From Trichoplax sp. H2 (Eukaryota): 64,000 bases of DNA. Where the stretch lies: assembly GCA_003344405.1 (NCBI GenBank), contig NOWV01000210.1, positions 62,001-126,000 of the forward strand. The letters are read 5' to 3'. Below are positions 13,601 through 27,300 of this stretch, piece by piece (the first letter of the stretch is position 1; every line of letters begins with the position of its first letter). The position numbers and the translations under genes are program-made. The notes under the pieces were generated by a model that was not told where the DNA came from, did not search any database, and saw only the letters and a list, made by a program, of their open reading frames with translations.

Positions 13601-16600
13601 ATTGTCAATTCATCATCAGTAGGTTGTCCAATCGCTTCCGTAAATTTAAATTCGTATAACGCTAGTGCGAAGCTTTTCTGAGCTTTTGATAATTCTATGT
13701 AAAATAAAAATAATATATCATCACTACGCAGTATTATTTATCGCTAAACTAAAAATGCCAACATACGACCTTAGGTGTATTGGAACACAGTAATCAATAT
13801 AATAATCATATTTTTAATAGTTTCATCTTGGATAAAAATCGAACGAATGGATACAGTCTTAGCCAATACAGCAGTAGGCAGTATTTTAAATAAATAATTT
13901 GACGAAAAAGTGGCAAAGGAAATGTTGATAAAATGGTTGATTAATAAACGGTATTTGTCAACAAGTTTGAAAAAGGAGAGCGTATCACTTATGACGAGTT
14001 CCGATTAATACACGACATACTGTACTGGGAGTCAATTGCGATACTAAGTGCTACTTTTAAGCGATAAGTTAATCTGTCAACTTTGGAATTGAGATTCGAT
14101 TAATCTATTCGAATTTGCTAAAGGTCAAAGTTGTACTTTTAAACGGGGAGAAAAAGAACTGTAATACCATGACTTTGCTACCTGAAAATAGTCTATCTTC
14201 AACTCGGTAATCACTATTATAGCAAAGGGCAATCATATTTTTCTTTAAAGCTAAAGGGAGACCTTCATTTCATTTTGAAAGGATCTTTTTTCATATCCTT
14301 GCTATTCCAGTTTTATTGAAAAATAAGTATATTACTAGAAGAAGTTTTTAAAATAGCGTTTCTATTATAGATCGTTATGGTGTCGTGGAATACCTCAAAA
14401 GCAAATAATATTCGATTTAAATTTGATTTAAGACGGTCATGCGGTCTTATTCATTTTGAATGAATAAGTAAAAATGATTTCTGCACTTTATCTATTTACA
14501 CCATTTCGACATTAATGAATACAGCATCAATTGCTATATATCAGGAAAGTATGATGGACAATACAAGACTAGTGTATTTGTAGTGGGAAAAGTTGATGAC
14601 GTTGTATTTCAGAAACGGTTTTAAGCATGCTATAAAGGGAGTAACATGTAGATACTAGTCCATTGCATCGAGCAGCCCAAAGTTGATCGAATGCCTTAAT
14701 GCAAATAGGTCATTTTATTGAGATAGTCGTTACATCCTTTCCATCGAAAATACATAAGAGTAATAATTATAAATATCAATTACGACATGGTTCAACTACT
14801 GTACGAATTAAGCCATCCCAAGTAGAAATTGGAGGATGGTGATTTCAGGAACAGGTTCAGAAAGCCATCACAAAAGTAATCATAGCGCCAAATTTAATTT
14901 TGATCTTCTTTTCTCCCTTGTAGTAAATACATTATGGCGTATAACGTATTAAATTTAGGCCCAGTGTTTGCTAATCAATTGTATCGCTGTATTTAAACTT
15001 TTCTTGCAAAACCTGAATAATTGAAGACTGTTGTAGTCAATAATCGAAAAGGGACAGCAATTGTTTCAATTCGGCAAAAAGATTGATAATATACCTTGCT
15101 AGAGTAGCACTCATTTATTTCTAACCGATACGACTGACCGATTAATTTAGCATCAATGGTGGAAAGAGTTTTTCATTTCAACATGAGCAATACTTGCTTG
15201 CAAAATGACACGGATAATGACAGCTTATGGATAGTGGTTGACATCATTCTCAATTCATTTCTATATCTTTAAGGAGTACTTCAATTAACGTAATTAATTG
15301 ATGTTGGAAGCTTGTAAGGAATGTCATTGTACTAAAGACTAAAAATGGGTTAACGGATACGTTAAAATACTTCAAGTGTCCTTTAACATCCTTGATGAGT
15401 CAATCCTTGCATCCAACATTATTGTCGATGGTTAACGTGGATCATGTTGCGACATTGACGAGAAATTGCTTGCCGCATCTCGTCACGACCTTCCATTTTC
15501 TCCTGTTATTTAGTGCGTTCATTTCAATTTGGTGATGATTTAGAATGGCTGCTGCGGCAAGTTTTCTATATAGAGATATACTACTACGGTAGTGTAGTCA
15601 GCTACTTGTTGGAGATCATGGCAAGGGTTTTTTTCTCTTACAAGTCGTTGGTGTAACTAGGTGTTATTCCATACTATTCCCCCTTCAATTGAAGTTGAAG
15701 AAATTGTTCAAGCTTGCTATCGTATCCTCCATTTTCATACTACTGTACTGTGTGTGCATCATCACAGAATAAATGACCGTTATTGTGGAGATTGGAGTTG
15801 ATAGCCTGTTTTTTTCTTAATCAATAGCATTTAAAAGGTCATGGATAAATAAAAATATAGTGGCTGATATCGGATGGCGATTACATCAATATTATTGTAA
15901 GACGTCCAATTGTGGCAGGCATAACAACTGTAGTAGGAATGTAGGATAGAGCAAGGACTAGCAACGATTAATGTTGCACTCTACCCTACCTGCGGTCGAA
16001 TGGAATGATGCCTTGTGAAAATTATTCTCATGTTACGAAAGCCTTGCTGCTCTTTTGCTTTGCGTCCTTTCTCCTTGTACTAACCAATCTCATTTTTGGC
16101 GAAATGGAAAGGACTCCCTCAAGTCGCCTGGCCAACTAGGCCACTACTATCGATTAAGGTATCTATTTGCTAGCACAAGATCGACTTGATCTCTAGCTGA
16201 AAATGGTGACCATATCCATTTCATCGTGGCCATTGCGAATAGAGGGTTGCATCAATTTATGTCTTGTATGGGGTGTTACACTGTCATTCGGTATACGTGG
16301 TACGTCAGGAATTGGAGCTTTTGGTTGGGTTCAAATGTCCGCGATGATTGTTTATAAAAAGTTATGTTTGAAAAAGTCATGAAAGGTATTTTCTTCCTTC
16401 ATGACTGTCTCAGTAGAAATAGAATGGATATTTTAGCTATCCTTGATTTTAATGCCCTATACCATAAGCCATATTCGCCATAGTCTATGGACGAATCTCT
16501 AGTATGCCTAGAGCTCCCTTGGCTTTGTTTACTATCGTTGGACATGGCCTTTGCAGAACTCGATTGGCAATCCAACATCCGTTCCACTGGGTCGACATCA

Positions 16601-16911
16601 TTGTAGCGAATAGGATAGCGAAGCCTACGCCGTAGCTCCTTCATGCTGACTAAAGGCAGATCTTGTTGGGTGGGTACAGCCAATCACAGAGGTTGGAGGG
16701 GTGAAAAATAAAAAGGGAAAAAAAAAAAGAGGACCGACCTACAGATCTTTAACTTACGCGTTATCGCACTCAGGAGTTTGCGACTTTCTTTCAGTAATCC
16801 CTTCAAGGCATCACTGGTATCTTCTAATTCTCCTTCGTGCGAGTGAAGATTGGATCGGAAATAAGGACTATCCGTTAAACATTCTGCCGGCTCTAATGGT
16901 AACAGAACCAT
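7657..16911 (-). CDS. ARHGAP26/10/42-like (GRAF): GRAF/oligophrenin-family Rho GTPase-activating protein (BAR-PH-RhoGAP-SH3), multi-exon
   Basis: Exon 1 (16911-16758) reads MVLLPLEPAECLTDSPYFRSNLHSHEGELE, the GRAF BAR N-terminus. BAR exons include EMKKFQFVE and TFYHQ. PH exons include EGYLYM, WVKYYC and KRYCFDI. The RhoGAP has GLYRLVGS (arginine finger) and MYASNLGVVFGPTLMR. The SH3 reads ARTLYQCKGEYDKELSFE...EEPGWLYGTINDETGLIPENYVE, with the stop at 7657-7659. Confidence 0.93.
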
Positions 16912-17146
16912 CACTGCAATCGATCAAGTCAATGAGTTCAGGAAAAGGACAATCTCTTGCTTAAAAATGGCCTACAATCTAGCGTAGAAATGAGCAAACA
17001 GATTGGACTAGACAGCGAGCGAATGGACTCTTTCTCCTTTCCTACCACTGGATCGCAGTAGAGTAAATAGAGTCGACGCATTCGACGTCGTTACTTATAG
17101 CATCCTTCAAGCATGCGCAGTATAGCCGATTCAGGCCAAGACTGAG

Positions 17147-17336
17147 TGAGACTGAGGCGTCACACTCCACTGCAGCGTCACAGTATAGTACCGTATGACC
17201 CAGTACAGTTGATTGAGGCATAGGCTGACTGAGACTGCGGCGTCACACTCCACTGTAGCGTCACAGTACAGTACCGTATGACCCAGTACAGTTGATTGAG
17301 GCATAGGCTGACTGAGACTGCAGCGTCACACTCCAC
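17147..17336. repeat. 83-bp tandem direct repeat (~2.3 copies) upstream of the GRAF start
   Basis: cacactccac occurs at 17161, 17244 and 17327, and ccgtatgaccc at 17191 and 17274. The units are nearly identical. Confidence 0.92.
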
Positions 17337-17810
17337 TTGCGACGAGTCACTACTGATGCCAAGTCACCCGAGTTGAAGAAGAGCACACTAGAGTCTACTC
17401 GAATACACCGCCACTACGGTAATAGTGCGACTCATACTGAGGTTCATCGACTACTTTACTCTACACAGTATGACAGATCGATTCCGCATGTGTTGGCGCG
17501 AGATGGGCCAACATGGCAAAACACAACTGTACCACTGTACTCTACAGTCTACAGTCTACAGTGTCGAAAAGAATCGAGTACTGTAGCTGAGCATACAATA
17601 CAGTAATCGGCTGCAACTTCACTAGGAGTACCTTGACGCTTCAGTACAGTATCATACAGTACATAGCAATGCCTGTACAGTACTTGGAAATCGGTAGCTT
17701 GAAGACACCAACAAGTTCCGCAAGATCACAACATTTCTTCTGGAAAATGGACGTACACGTACTTCGGCGTTACTGTGTAGTTAATATGTCTTTCTGCTTA
17801 GAGACTGTAG

Positions 17811-17829
17811 ACGAGAGAGAGAGAGAGAG
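17811..17829. repeat. Short (GA)n microsatellite
   Basis: A gagagaga... run is visible here, with a second short run near 17880-17889. Confidence 0.7.
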
Positions 17830-20800
17830 CTGTTTTAGAAATGGCAACTTTATTACCCGAAGTCAGCTAGGTACAAAGTAGAGAGAGAGTTATGCTGTTG
17901 CACAGAGAAGGGATTCTGAACGCAACTCGCTAACCCACTTGCTGTATACTGTATGGAGTAGATGGTGACCGACTGTAGTGCGATTCTGTACATATTAGCA
18001 TCATCATTTACGTCAGTATACTAGTGTACTGTAATGGAGAAGTGTACATGATTCATGAATAAATGAGCAATGATATGACAGGCCCATCATATTTACTCAA
18101 ATAGTAACCATTTGGGCAAAATAACTTGCACAATAAGTTCTGTGCAGTAGAGTACAATATAGTAATGATATTCTACTGTACAGCACACTGTACAGTACAT
18201 TCAAGTGTACATGGTGTACACGGGACAGCTCTTTTGGTTACCGCCGCAATCGCGGACTTAAAGTACATTTGCTTCAAAGTGGTGAAAACTGCCTCTATCA
18301 CCTGTTCGTAGAATGAAGTGCTTTAGTGAAGGAGTCTGTCAGCCAGTCAACAATTTCTTCTCTCTCTCGCTAGGAAAAAAAATAGTGTGAACCAACGTAT
18401 AGTAGGATTGTATTGGATACAATGAAATCTTGCTTACTGTAAACCTGTCATTCCACACTTTCCCTATTGCCTAGGATACTTACGGGAAAAAAGTGTCCAT
18501 CCACGCAAAATGGAGGCGTACCAATCAACAAGAATGCGAAGCTTTAGTTCATCGGTTGTATCATTCGCCACTGTTGTATACGAAGCTGTATACTACAGTA
18601 GAATGATTGAATTAATTAATTACGGTAGGCGTTCAGCAACGCAGTAGGACTAGATCACGTCATTCTTATGCCTATTTTGAAAGACCTCCAACTGAGGCAA
18701 CAAATGAATCGATTCAAATAGAATAGTCAATAGAATAGACGAGTAGATACCAGTAGATCATTACTTTTTACGGGTAGTAATTAGTCTATAGTCTTGGTTA
18801 ATTAGCCGACATTGATTTATTCAACTATCATGGGTCGTTGATAATGTTGATACAGTAAGACAATTAGCTTTGCACTTTACTAATAAATAATCCAGTAGCT
18901 TAATAAACCGCTAATTTGAAAGAAAAATTCCAATACCGGATGTCATTATACTGTAGTCATTGTAATGAAATGAATTATCCGTTAGCCACGGATGGCTGTT
19001 ATTAAAATAGAGACGAAATATTGCATCATGCCAATAAGTATGAAATGCTTGCGACCTAGAACATAGATCAATCAACACTCTAATCATTCTACCTACATTC
19101 TAGTATGATCTTGACTAACCCAAATAATTTGGGATACAATGGATACTAATCACTCATGATATTCTACCTACAGTAAGCCAGTTTTTCTTACTGTTAATAA
19201 TAATTGTGAACTAATGCTTATTGAATAGATACAGTTTTTATGACATGGTTACTAGTATTACAAGAAAAATGTGCTTTACCTATTTTAATCTACCAGTGCT
19301 ACGTAATGGCTTTATCACTAAAAACTCGCTCTCTGGTATTTACGAATGGCGAATCATGCGCCATAGCCGTATGTACGTATCATCCAATTTTTGCGGGTTG
19401 CCGTCGGCATTAAGTGCATGACATTGATTATCATTCTAGAATGAATTTTCAAAACGATATGAAGTATAAATTTAATCAAGGTATAGCTGGACTTATCGTA
19501 GTGCACTGTATGGCAATTATTTTGGGGATAGCCAGATTCCCCTAACTTGTAAAATCATATTCTTAAACAATAACGTAATTTATGGTGCTCTATCTTATCG
19601 TATCTACTGTATATTATGACTGTTATGTTGCAAAAGTTTTACAATGTCACGGAACTAGTTATCAAAATGATAATAGAATCATTTGGCATCCTGGATACAG
19701 GTATAGTTCTGTGATTGTTATATTATAGTACGCGCGTATGTATTGGCCAACAATTAATTATAATAATTTCTTTTTAATGATATTGGCTATGATCGTATCG
19801 ATTCTTACTACACCTATCTGGTATTGCACTTTAAAGTAGCCTAGAATGGAATGGACTGATATACTGAATGAGACAAGTGCTAAATCTCTTGTCGATAACT
19901 GATTTGAGAAATGATCAAGGAATGAGACTAAAGATGAAGAACACGCGACAGGTATGAGTAAAGGCAATAGGATAGGATAATTTCATCACCAGTGTAAGAA
20001 ATAAAGGAGTTTCTTTATCGGTGATCCTATTTATTTAGAATAAGAATCATGCGTATCTAAAAGAAAAGAAAATTAGAACCTCAAGATGTAATAAACTACA
20101 GAAGATAGAAGATCTTTGTGATCACATCTCTATCATTGCTGAAGCTAACTTGCAACAATCTACTCATTTTGTTACAATAATGCAATTTCTATAGTAAGCT
20201 AATCAATGATATAAGTTGCTGTGTGATATAATTGTAATGACTTAAACCAGATTGTAATCAAGTCTCTAACATATCTGCACTGTTTAAGAATTGTTATTAG
20301 GTGTGAAACGCTTGATTCTTAGAAAGTGTTGTAAACAGATGCAGTAGGAATACAGAACGTTGATATGTTGCTGTTTACACATTTTGTTATAATCATTATA
20401 TATGTTACGGCCAAAACCCGAAGTCCGGCTAAGTATAAATCCATGTACGTTAGTATGTGCTTTACCTCTACAGTACTGATTCAATATATCGACATGATGG
20501 CGGTCTATCAAGTGGTATCTATCTATCACTACTCTGCTGTAAAACCCTCCCACCCAGCCCTAAAAAGAGCGCGGCAGAGTATTGATCATCAGTATTATTC
20601 ACTGCTTAAACTGATTTGAAACTATCATAGATGTCGTTATGACAGTATACTCGTATAAGCCGTTTACAGTTGATGATGTTTTCATTCCATACCGTTGTAG
20701 TCAAGAGCACGATGATATCATAACCAAATCATTCCTGTCCATTTTAGCTAGAATGCATTCAGTGTGCGATAGTTATGCGCGTATTATTATTGAAGGTATT

Positions 20801-23800
20801 TGTTGTAACACATGTTTTGATGTTTAGCCTGGTAGTGAACGTTGTTTGCGTGCCAATGGCCACCTATTGTATCTTAGCAAAAAACAACGAAATAATCCAG
20901 TTTACTCTGTCATGCTCAAGAGGCTCATTGATGACCATCAATGGATAGAAAGAAATTCCAATACGAATCGATCCCGACAATAAATTGCTGATCAATCACT
21001 CGTTCTAATCCTTATCATCCTTCTTGTCGATCTGCAGCACAAGTAGAGAGCCCTTACATCCCTTCCTTGATTAATAGCAATATTCTATCCAATGATATGC
21101 AAGATTATTGACTTCTTATTGACTACCGTTCTATAGCCAAAGCTCATTTGCTCAATCGGGAGTAGTTTTAGCGTCCATACCGGTTATACAATAGTCAATA
21201 AAGTGAATAGCGGCTTTATTCATGTCCATAGACAGTTGAAAACCACTGGAAAGAATTCCAACTACTGTATGAGTTGTTACCACCCGCTTGGGGTGTTATA
21301 CTAGTAGTGGCAGTGCACTGACCACTTCCAGTACTGTACAGTTTACTCGTACACAGTGCTGTAGCCATGACTGCAAGTCATATTCCGAGCGTGACACACA
21401 ACGGGGGCGGTAACGGTTCTCATCCCATCGTCGATCGTGTGGTGTCGCCCAACAGCGGCAAGCAACTATTGTTCTACTATCAGCGATTGAAAACAATACA
21501 TCAAGTCATTTAGATTGATAAGCTCATTTGCGTAACAATACCTTGTCGGTTATATCATTGTATTCTTATCTGTGAAGTTCAAGCTAGAGCGTCAGTCTAC
21601 GCATTTTTTGAAGGTAAAAAAAAATATCCCCAAGCCTCCAAGCTTTCCTTCTAATCCTTCGTCCACTCCATTTGGATTTATTGAGCTTCAAAAGAACACC
21701 AATCCATCAAGCTTGCCAATTGAATTCCTGCATTTTCTTGGTTAATCATCCAATTACTTGATTGGGTTCATCATTTCCATTACTAGGTAACTAACTTCAA
21801 TAAATGACAGCCAAATAGTAAGACTTTTATCTAAACAACGGAGTAGGTTGTACAGCATGATTCATCACAACCAGTATCAACAACAGTAATGGAGGTGGTC
21901 GACAATATCGTTGGTAAGGTGCATTTTCCCCCTATTTTATAAGACCAACCAACCATCATGGCCATCATCCAGTGGCCACAACATTAAGGTGTAGTTAATG
22001 ACGATTACAGTTGACTTGATATGATGTTAAATGCTGTTGGTCATCGCCACGGAACCAAATTGATTTCATGATTCTGAACGTGGATGGACGACCAACATGA
22101 TCGATGACGACCGGTTACAGTCAAATCAAACTGCTTGCAGGCCTATTCATAGCTTAAGGATCATTATTTAATCTGACTAGTATTAGTCTAGTTTTCCTTG
22201 ACGCTGCAATTTCGACATCCATTCATCGATCGATGATTCTACTACGAAACTAGCATACGATCTACAGTATGTAAGCGATAGAAGATAATCGATCATGATA
22301 ACATCATGATCATTAGATAATACAAGATAAGGTACTCTATCAAACTTGCACATTTTTCTGCTTGCATTGGCACTATTTAGCTTGAGTCATAAGCTGTTTT
22401 GAATTCTTAATTGGTATCGCTTTCTTCCATTTTGCAAAGTGGATATCAATGTGTAGAAAGAAAATTCAATTACGGGATAGTCTAGGGTCAATGGAGACGC
22501 CATTCGATAGTGACATCGATCAAAGGCGATAAAAATAGGGGCAATAAAAGGCGAGATACTCCAATTCACGTTGTTGCACTGATCGTAATCTGTCTCAACC
22601 ATGTATGTTTTCAATTTTTCTCATAACTGGGCCAGGAGAGATTCTATCGTAGTCATCTACAAAACTAACTCTTGCCATTGAAACAACGATAATTGGATGA
22701 AATTAAACTTTTTAAAATCAGTTACTTTACAGTCAGTACGAACGCCATCCTCCAAATCAATCATCTCGACTTTATGCTTGTTTTGATACTGACCATTATG
22801 TTCACTATTAATTAAGCCAGTTGCAAGACAGGAAAACCAATTGATTCTCTTTATTTTCAATTCATAACAACTTGATGTGATTCTTCGTAATCAATTCCCA
22901 CTGCGTTCCTACGAAAGAGGGTAAAATGTTCTTGTTCTGATTTCTTATTTCTGTCCATTCCTACAAAGCAGGAATGGAGTTTACAACCGAGTGGATAGCA
23001 TCAGCTTTGAGCGTACGCGGTTTGAATTTGCTCTCATTATTTCAACCCTATACCCTAGCTATTTGTACAAAGTCATGATTGTAGTCATCTTAGAACTGAA
23101 ATAGTCTAATTGAACCGATTCAATTATAGATTGACATTAATTGCCATCGCTGTTCGTTGCGATATTAAATTAAGATGTGCAAATTGAGCGTACGTCATGA
23201 TAAAAAAGGATAGACTGTAGTATCAGATAACATTCATTGCCTGTTCAACTCTGATACTTGATACAATCAATTTACTCCATTTTTGAAAATTCACAAGGTA
23301 GAAATAACTCTTCGTTAATAATGACTTTTATTATCCATCAATTTTCAATCGCACGGTAGTTCATAGATTCTCACAGTATGAAATCATACTTGTACTAATA
23401 GTTCACCTCATCCTAAATCGTCATGAACTACGGCCAATCCAACAAATCCAATGGAAAGTCATGGCCAACACTGTATAATTTCCATTGGGTATTTATTTCG
23501 TTAGCTTACTAGCGGTCTGGACAGCTTTATAATCATTTTTACCGAGGACCGAAAGAGCAAAGTCATTCCATATTAACTATTTGCTAGTGGTAACGAATTG
23601 AATAGACACTGATTGACTACAAAAAGATGGCATAGTTTACTACTGCCGTCAAAATGATAGGATAGCGACGCTTTGAAAGGTGTTTGAAGAGAGAGAAATA
23701 GGTTAAGCAAGTTGAAAAGTTTGAAGTAATCCTTTGTAGTAATTTCTTATTCTCTATATGAATTAGTTTGTATAATCTTCGCTATAACAGTAAGCTCGCC

Positions 23801-24315
23801 GATGGGAATAACAGAATCATAGCTTATTTTTTATCCTAAATTAGTAATGGTAATGCTCATACAACAACTCGTCCACTTATTGTGCAGAATCATTTCACAA
23901 TTTATCGATTCGACCTTAACATAGTAATCACAATTTTCCAATATCAACGAATCAGCACGCAAACATAATTGTATTTAGGTTTTGCAAATTTCGCTTTTGA
24001 ATGTCAGCAATATAACCATCAATCGTTGAAAACTTGATTGAAGAATATAAAATGGCGTTATGACAATATTATGATAACGACAACATCTTTAATTCGTTTA
24101 TGCCTTGGTCTTCATTTAAGACTTATCATGCTGTGCATGGCATTGGCTCGAAAATATCTACCTTACTTTTATGAGATATTTCGACTTGTGTGTTTTCCAT
24201 CTTTATCATAGTCGAAAGACTAATCTAATCTACTTTTACGCTTGATATTATATAACGGATATTCATTTTTGATCCATTTTATACAATTTAGAAACGTTGA
24301 ATTACAAGTGGTAAC

Positions 24316-27300
24316 ATGTCACAATCAAGGTCAGTATTGACTTATATTCAACTTTGATGGTCTTGTCGATTGGTTAATCAATCATTTAAGTATCCGTGTT
24401 CTCGATTAATAATCTATCTACGTACTGTAGTAAAAGCTTATTATTACTCCGGTATCTAACGACAGTATTGCTAATCTTGCCCTCAAATGGTAGTTATTCG
24501 ATCAATACTCTAGCCAATTTACTTTACAGATGACCAGCAATTTTACAGTAAACGTTAGTTTTGCTGTCTTTAAAACTTTAAATGTATTAGGTCCTATGAG
24601 TATCCGTGTAACGGCTGCTACAGATATGAAGCGCGTGAAAAACAAACTTAGATATTACCTTTCCTATTTTAAATTTATATATTTGATCTATTAGTATCCT
24701 TCTACAACGGTTTTTGATTAATACTCCTATAGACTCTATAGAAAGCGAGCAGTTGGCAATATTAAATAATTAACATCAGCTTTCCTATCTTTAAATATAT
24801 ATGTTTCATCATACTCTATCGATATCCTTGAAATTTTTATTCAAGTAACGCTCAACAGCAATAGCTATTATGCCAAGTGTGTAATGGGCAGTTTTAAAAT
24901 ATCACTGTAGCTTTCTTATCTCAAGTTAAAACTAATGTAGTAGATCATTAGTAGTCCTTTAATCATGAAATACTTGATAGCTTTATACACATATGTTAAC
25001 TATAAGAGGACATAAGAGCAATTTTGTGCTTAAATACTATCGAATGATATGACCTTGAAAGATGGACTTGTGTAGGGCAGTGAATTGGTGGTGTGGCTGG
25101 TAATTATACTACTTTGAACTTTATTTTAACATCAAATTTTAATTCTAACAGCAACAGTAAAATCCTCCGTATTCATCTGAAAGATTGCAGCGATGGAATC
25201 GGTAAAATCTTACTAACTTATTACATCAGTTCATAAAATAATAATTATACTTTAATATTCTTTAGCGATCAATAGAAACGAACAAGAACGATAACCTCTT
25301 TGATACTATACTAACAAATTGATTTCATGATTGCATATTATAGGTGTAAGGATAATTGGTGGAACAAACAGTGCAGCTGGAAGACCATTCGGAATTTTTA
25401 TTAAAGCATTAGTATCTGATAAAGCAGCTAAGAAAAGTGGTAATGATAATCAAATGCTAAAATCACCTCTTTGAAATATTTTTTAATTCATATGAAACCC
25501 TTTAGCCTTATAATTGAATCATTTCATCAGAGTACAAACTCTAGCTAAAAAATTAAACCTTAAAATTAAACTTTCGTTTGATTTAAAACCAAACTGAGTT
25601 GATTGATTTATCTTTTGTACAATTTAGGTCAATTACTGGAAGGGGATCTCTTGCTTAAAGTTAATGGAATCGATTTGCAAGGGATTTCTAGCGATAAGTA
25701 ATTTTATTTCATTGATAAGATCGTAATTTTTTTATAGCATAGAAACCTAAGTATTTTATTTAATATTGTATTGCTAGATGTACTAATGCCCTAAAATCAT
25801 TTCGTTTACAATCTCGTCTGAATAAATTATAGAGCTGTATCTATTTTAAAATCGGCTTCGCAATCAGATGATATCAAGCTTATCATAGCAAGAGGAGGAG
25901 ATGCAAGGTGGGTTACTGTGCTGAAATATGACTTTATGCACAGTGTATCATATACAAATAAATCAACCGTAAAATCGTAGCATTTGCTAATGTGTTAACT
26001 GAATCATTAAGTCTTCAATACTGTAAAAGAGCTTTCAATAGAACATTAATAAACGGCTTTATTGTGGCTGTAAACTATCTTAACAAAGATTTCATTGAAT
26101 TAGAGCCGAATATGAACGATTGCTCGCAGGATTATCAGGAAAATTGAACGGCGCCGATGGATGTAAATTTTTGATAGCCAAACATTAATTGTCTGATCAA
26201 CGACATAGTGTACTTGATTTTAAAATGCTTACAATTAGCTATTACTATTCCTAATTACTGTAGATTTGAATTTATTTAACCAGTTTTTATACCCTGAAAA
26301 TTTTCATTTACAGTATCAAAGAACTTAATTTGAATTCCTCATTTGTATTTATCCTGATTAGCTAAATCGAATTGGGTTTGGAATGCTAACGGTAAAACTA
26401 TGCAACCTGTCACGTCGCAAAACGGTGCTGTTCCAGAATATGAATATGTTCCTAGTGGTCTTCCTAATGGATATAAATCGAACCATGCAAGTTATGGCGA
26501 TAATAAACGCCCGTATTCTATATCGTCACAATCCAGATCTTCCCAGCAGTCTTTCTATTCCGACTTTAGTGCCACACCAGAAAAAGATATCAACTCCAGT
26601 AATCAAGATAGACGTAGTTATATGAGCACATCCATGCCAAAACTAAATGGTTCTCCCGGATCATATCGTCGATTAGATAGCCAAATTTCCATTGAAGATC
26701 GTCCCTCTACTAATTCAGGCCATAGGGGAAATCAGGCATGGCATTCTTCTCCACCATCTGGAAATAAAAGGTCCGTTTCTACTGACCGTGTAGATCGAGG
26801 CAGTACTAATCAAATTTCATCACAAAGGCACGATTTATCCGGTAATGGCCAATACCCTTCAATGCCCAATGTCTACCAACAAGGCAAAGCACGTCAAGAT
26901 AGAATAGATCATAATAAATCTTCAGAAAGATCGACCTCCTTATCAGCAACTGGCAATAATTCTAGGACTACGCCAATAGATTCAAGAGCTAGATTTGTGG
27001 TCATTAATAAAACACAAGCAGGTTTAGGTTTAAGCCTAACAGGAGGTAGCGGCCAACCATTAATTGTGGAAGAAATTGTTCCAGGTGGTGATGTCTACAA
27101 GGCAAGTGAAACATCAGCATTACATTATGTTCTTTAGTTTTCTTGACTTGTTAAAGTAATAATTTACTGCACAGTATTAACTTGGTATATTCGACACTAT
27201 TGTAGGATGGAAGAATGCGAAAAGGTGATCATATTGTTTCTATTATGGGCGAGCAATTAGTTGATGTTACAAAAGAATATGCAAAATCAATTATTACAAG

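Noticed and set aside
16399..16683. 94-aa ORF within GRAF intron 1
   Set aside because: No recognisable domain, a non-ATG start, and no convincing splice context.
17147..17336. CRISPR-like look of spaced repeats (also 38091-38416)
   Set aside because: The whole unit repeats with no unique spacers, there are no cas genes, and the context is eukaryotic.
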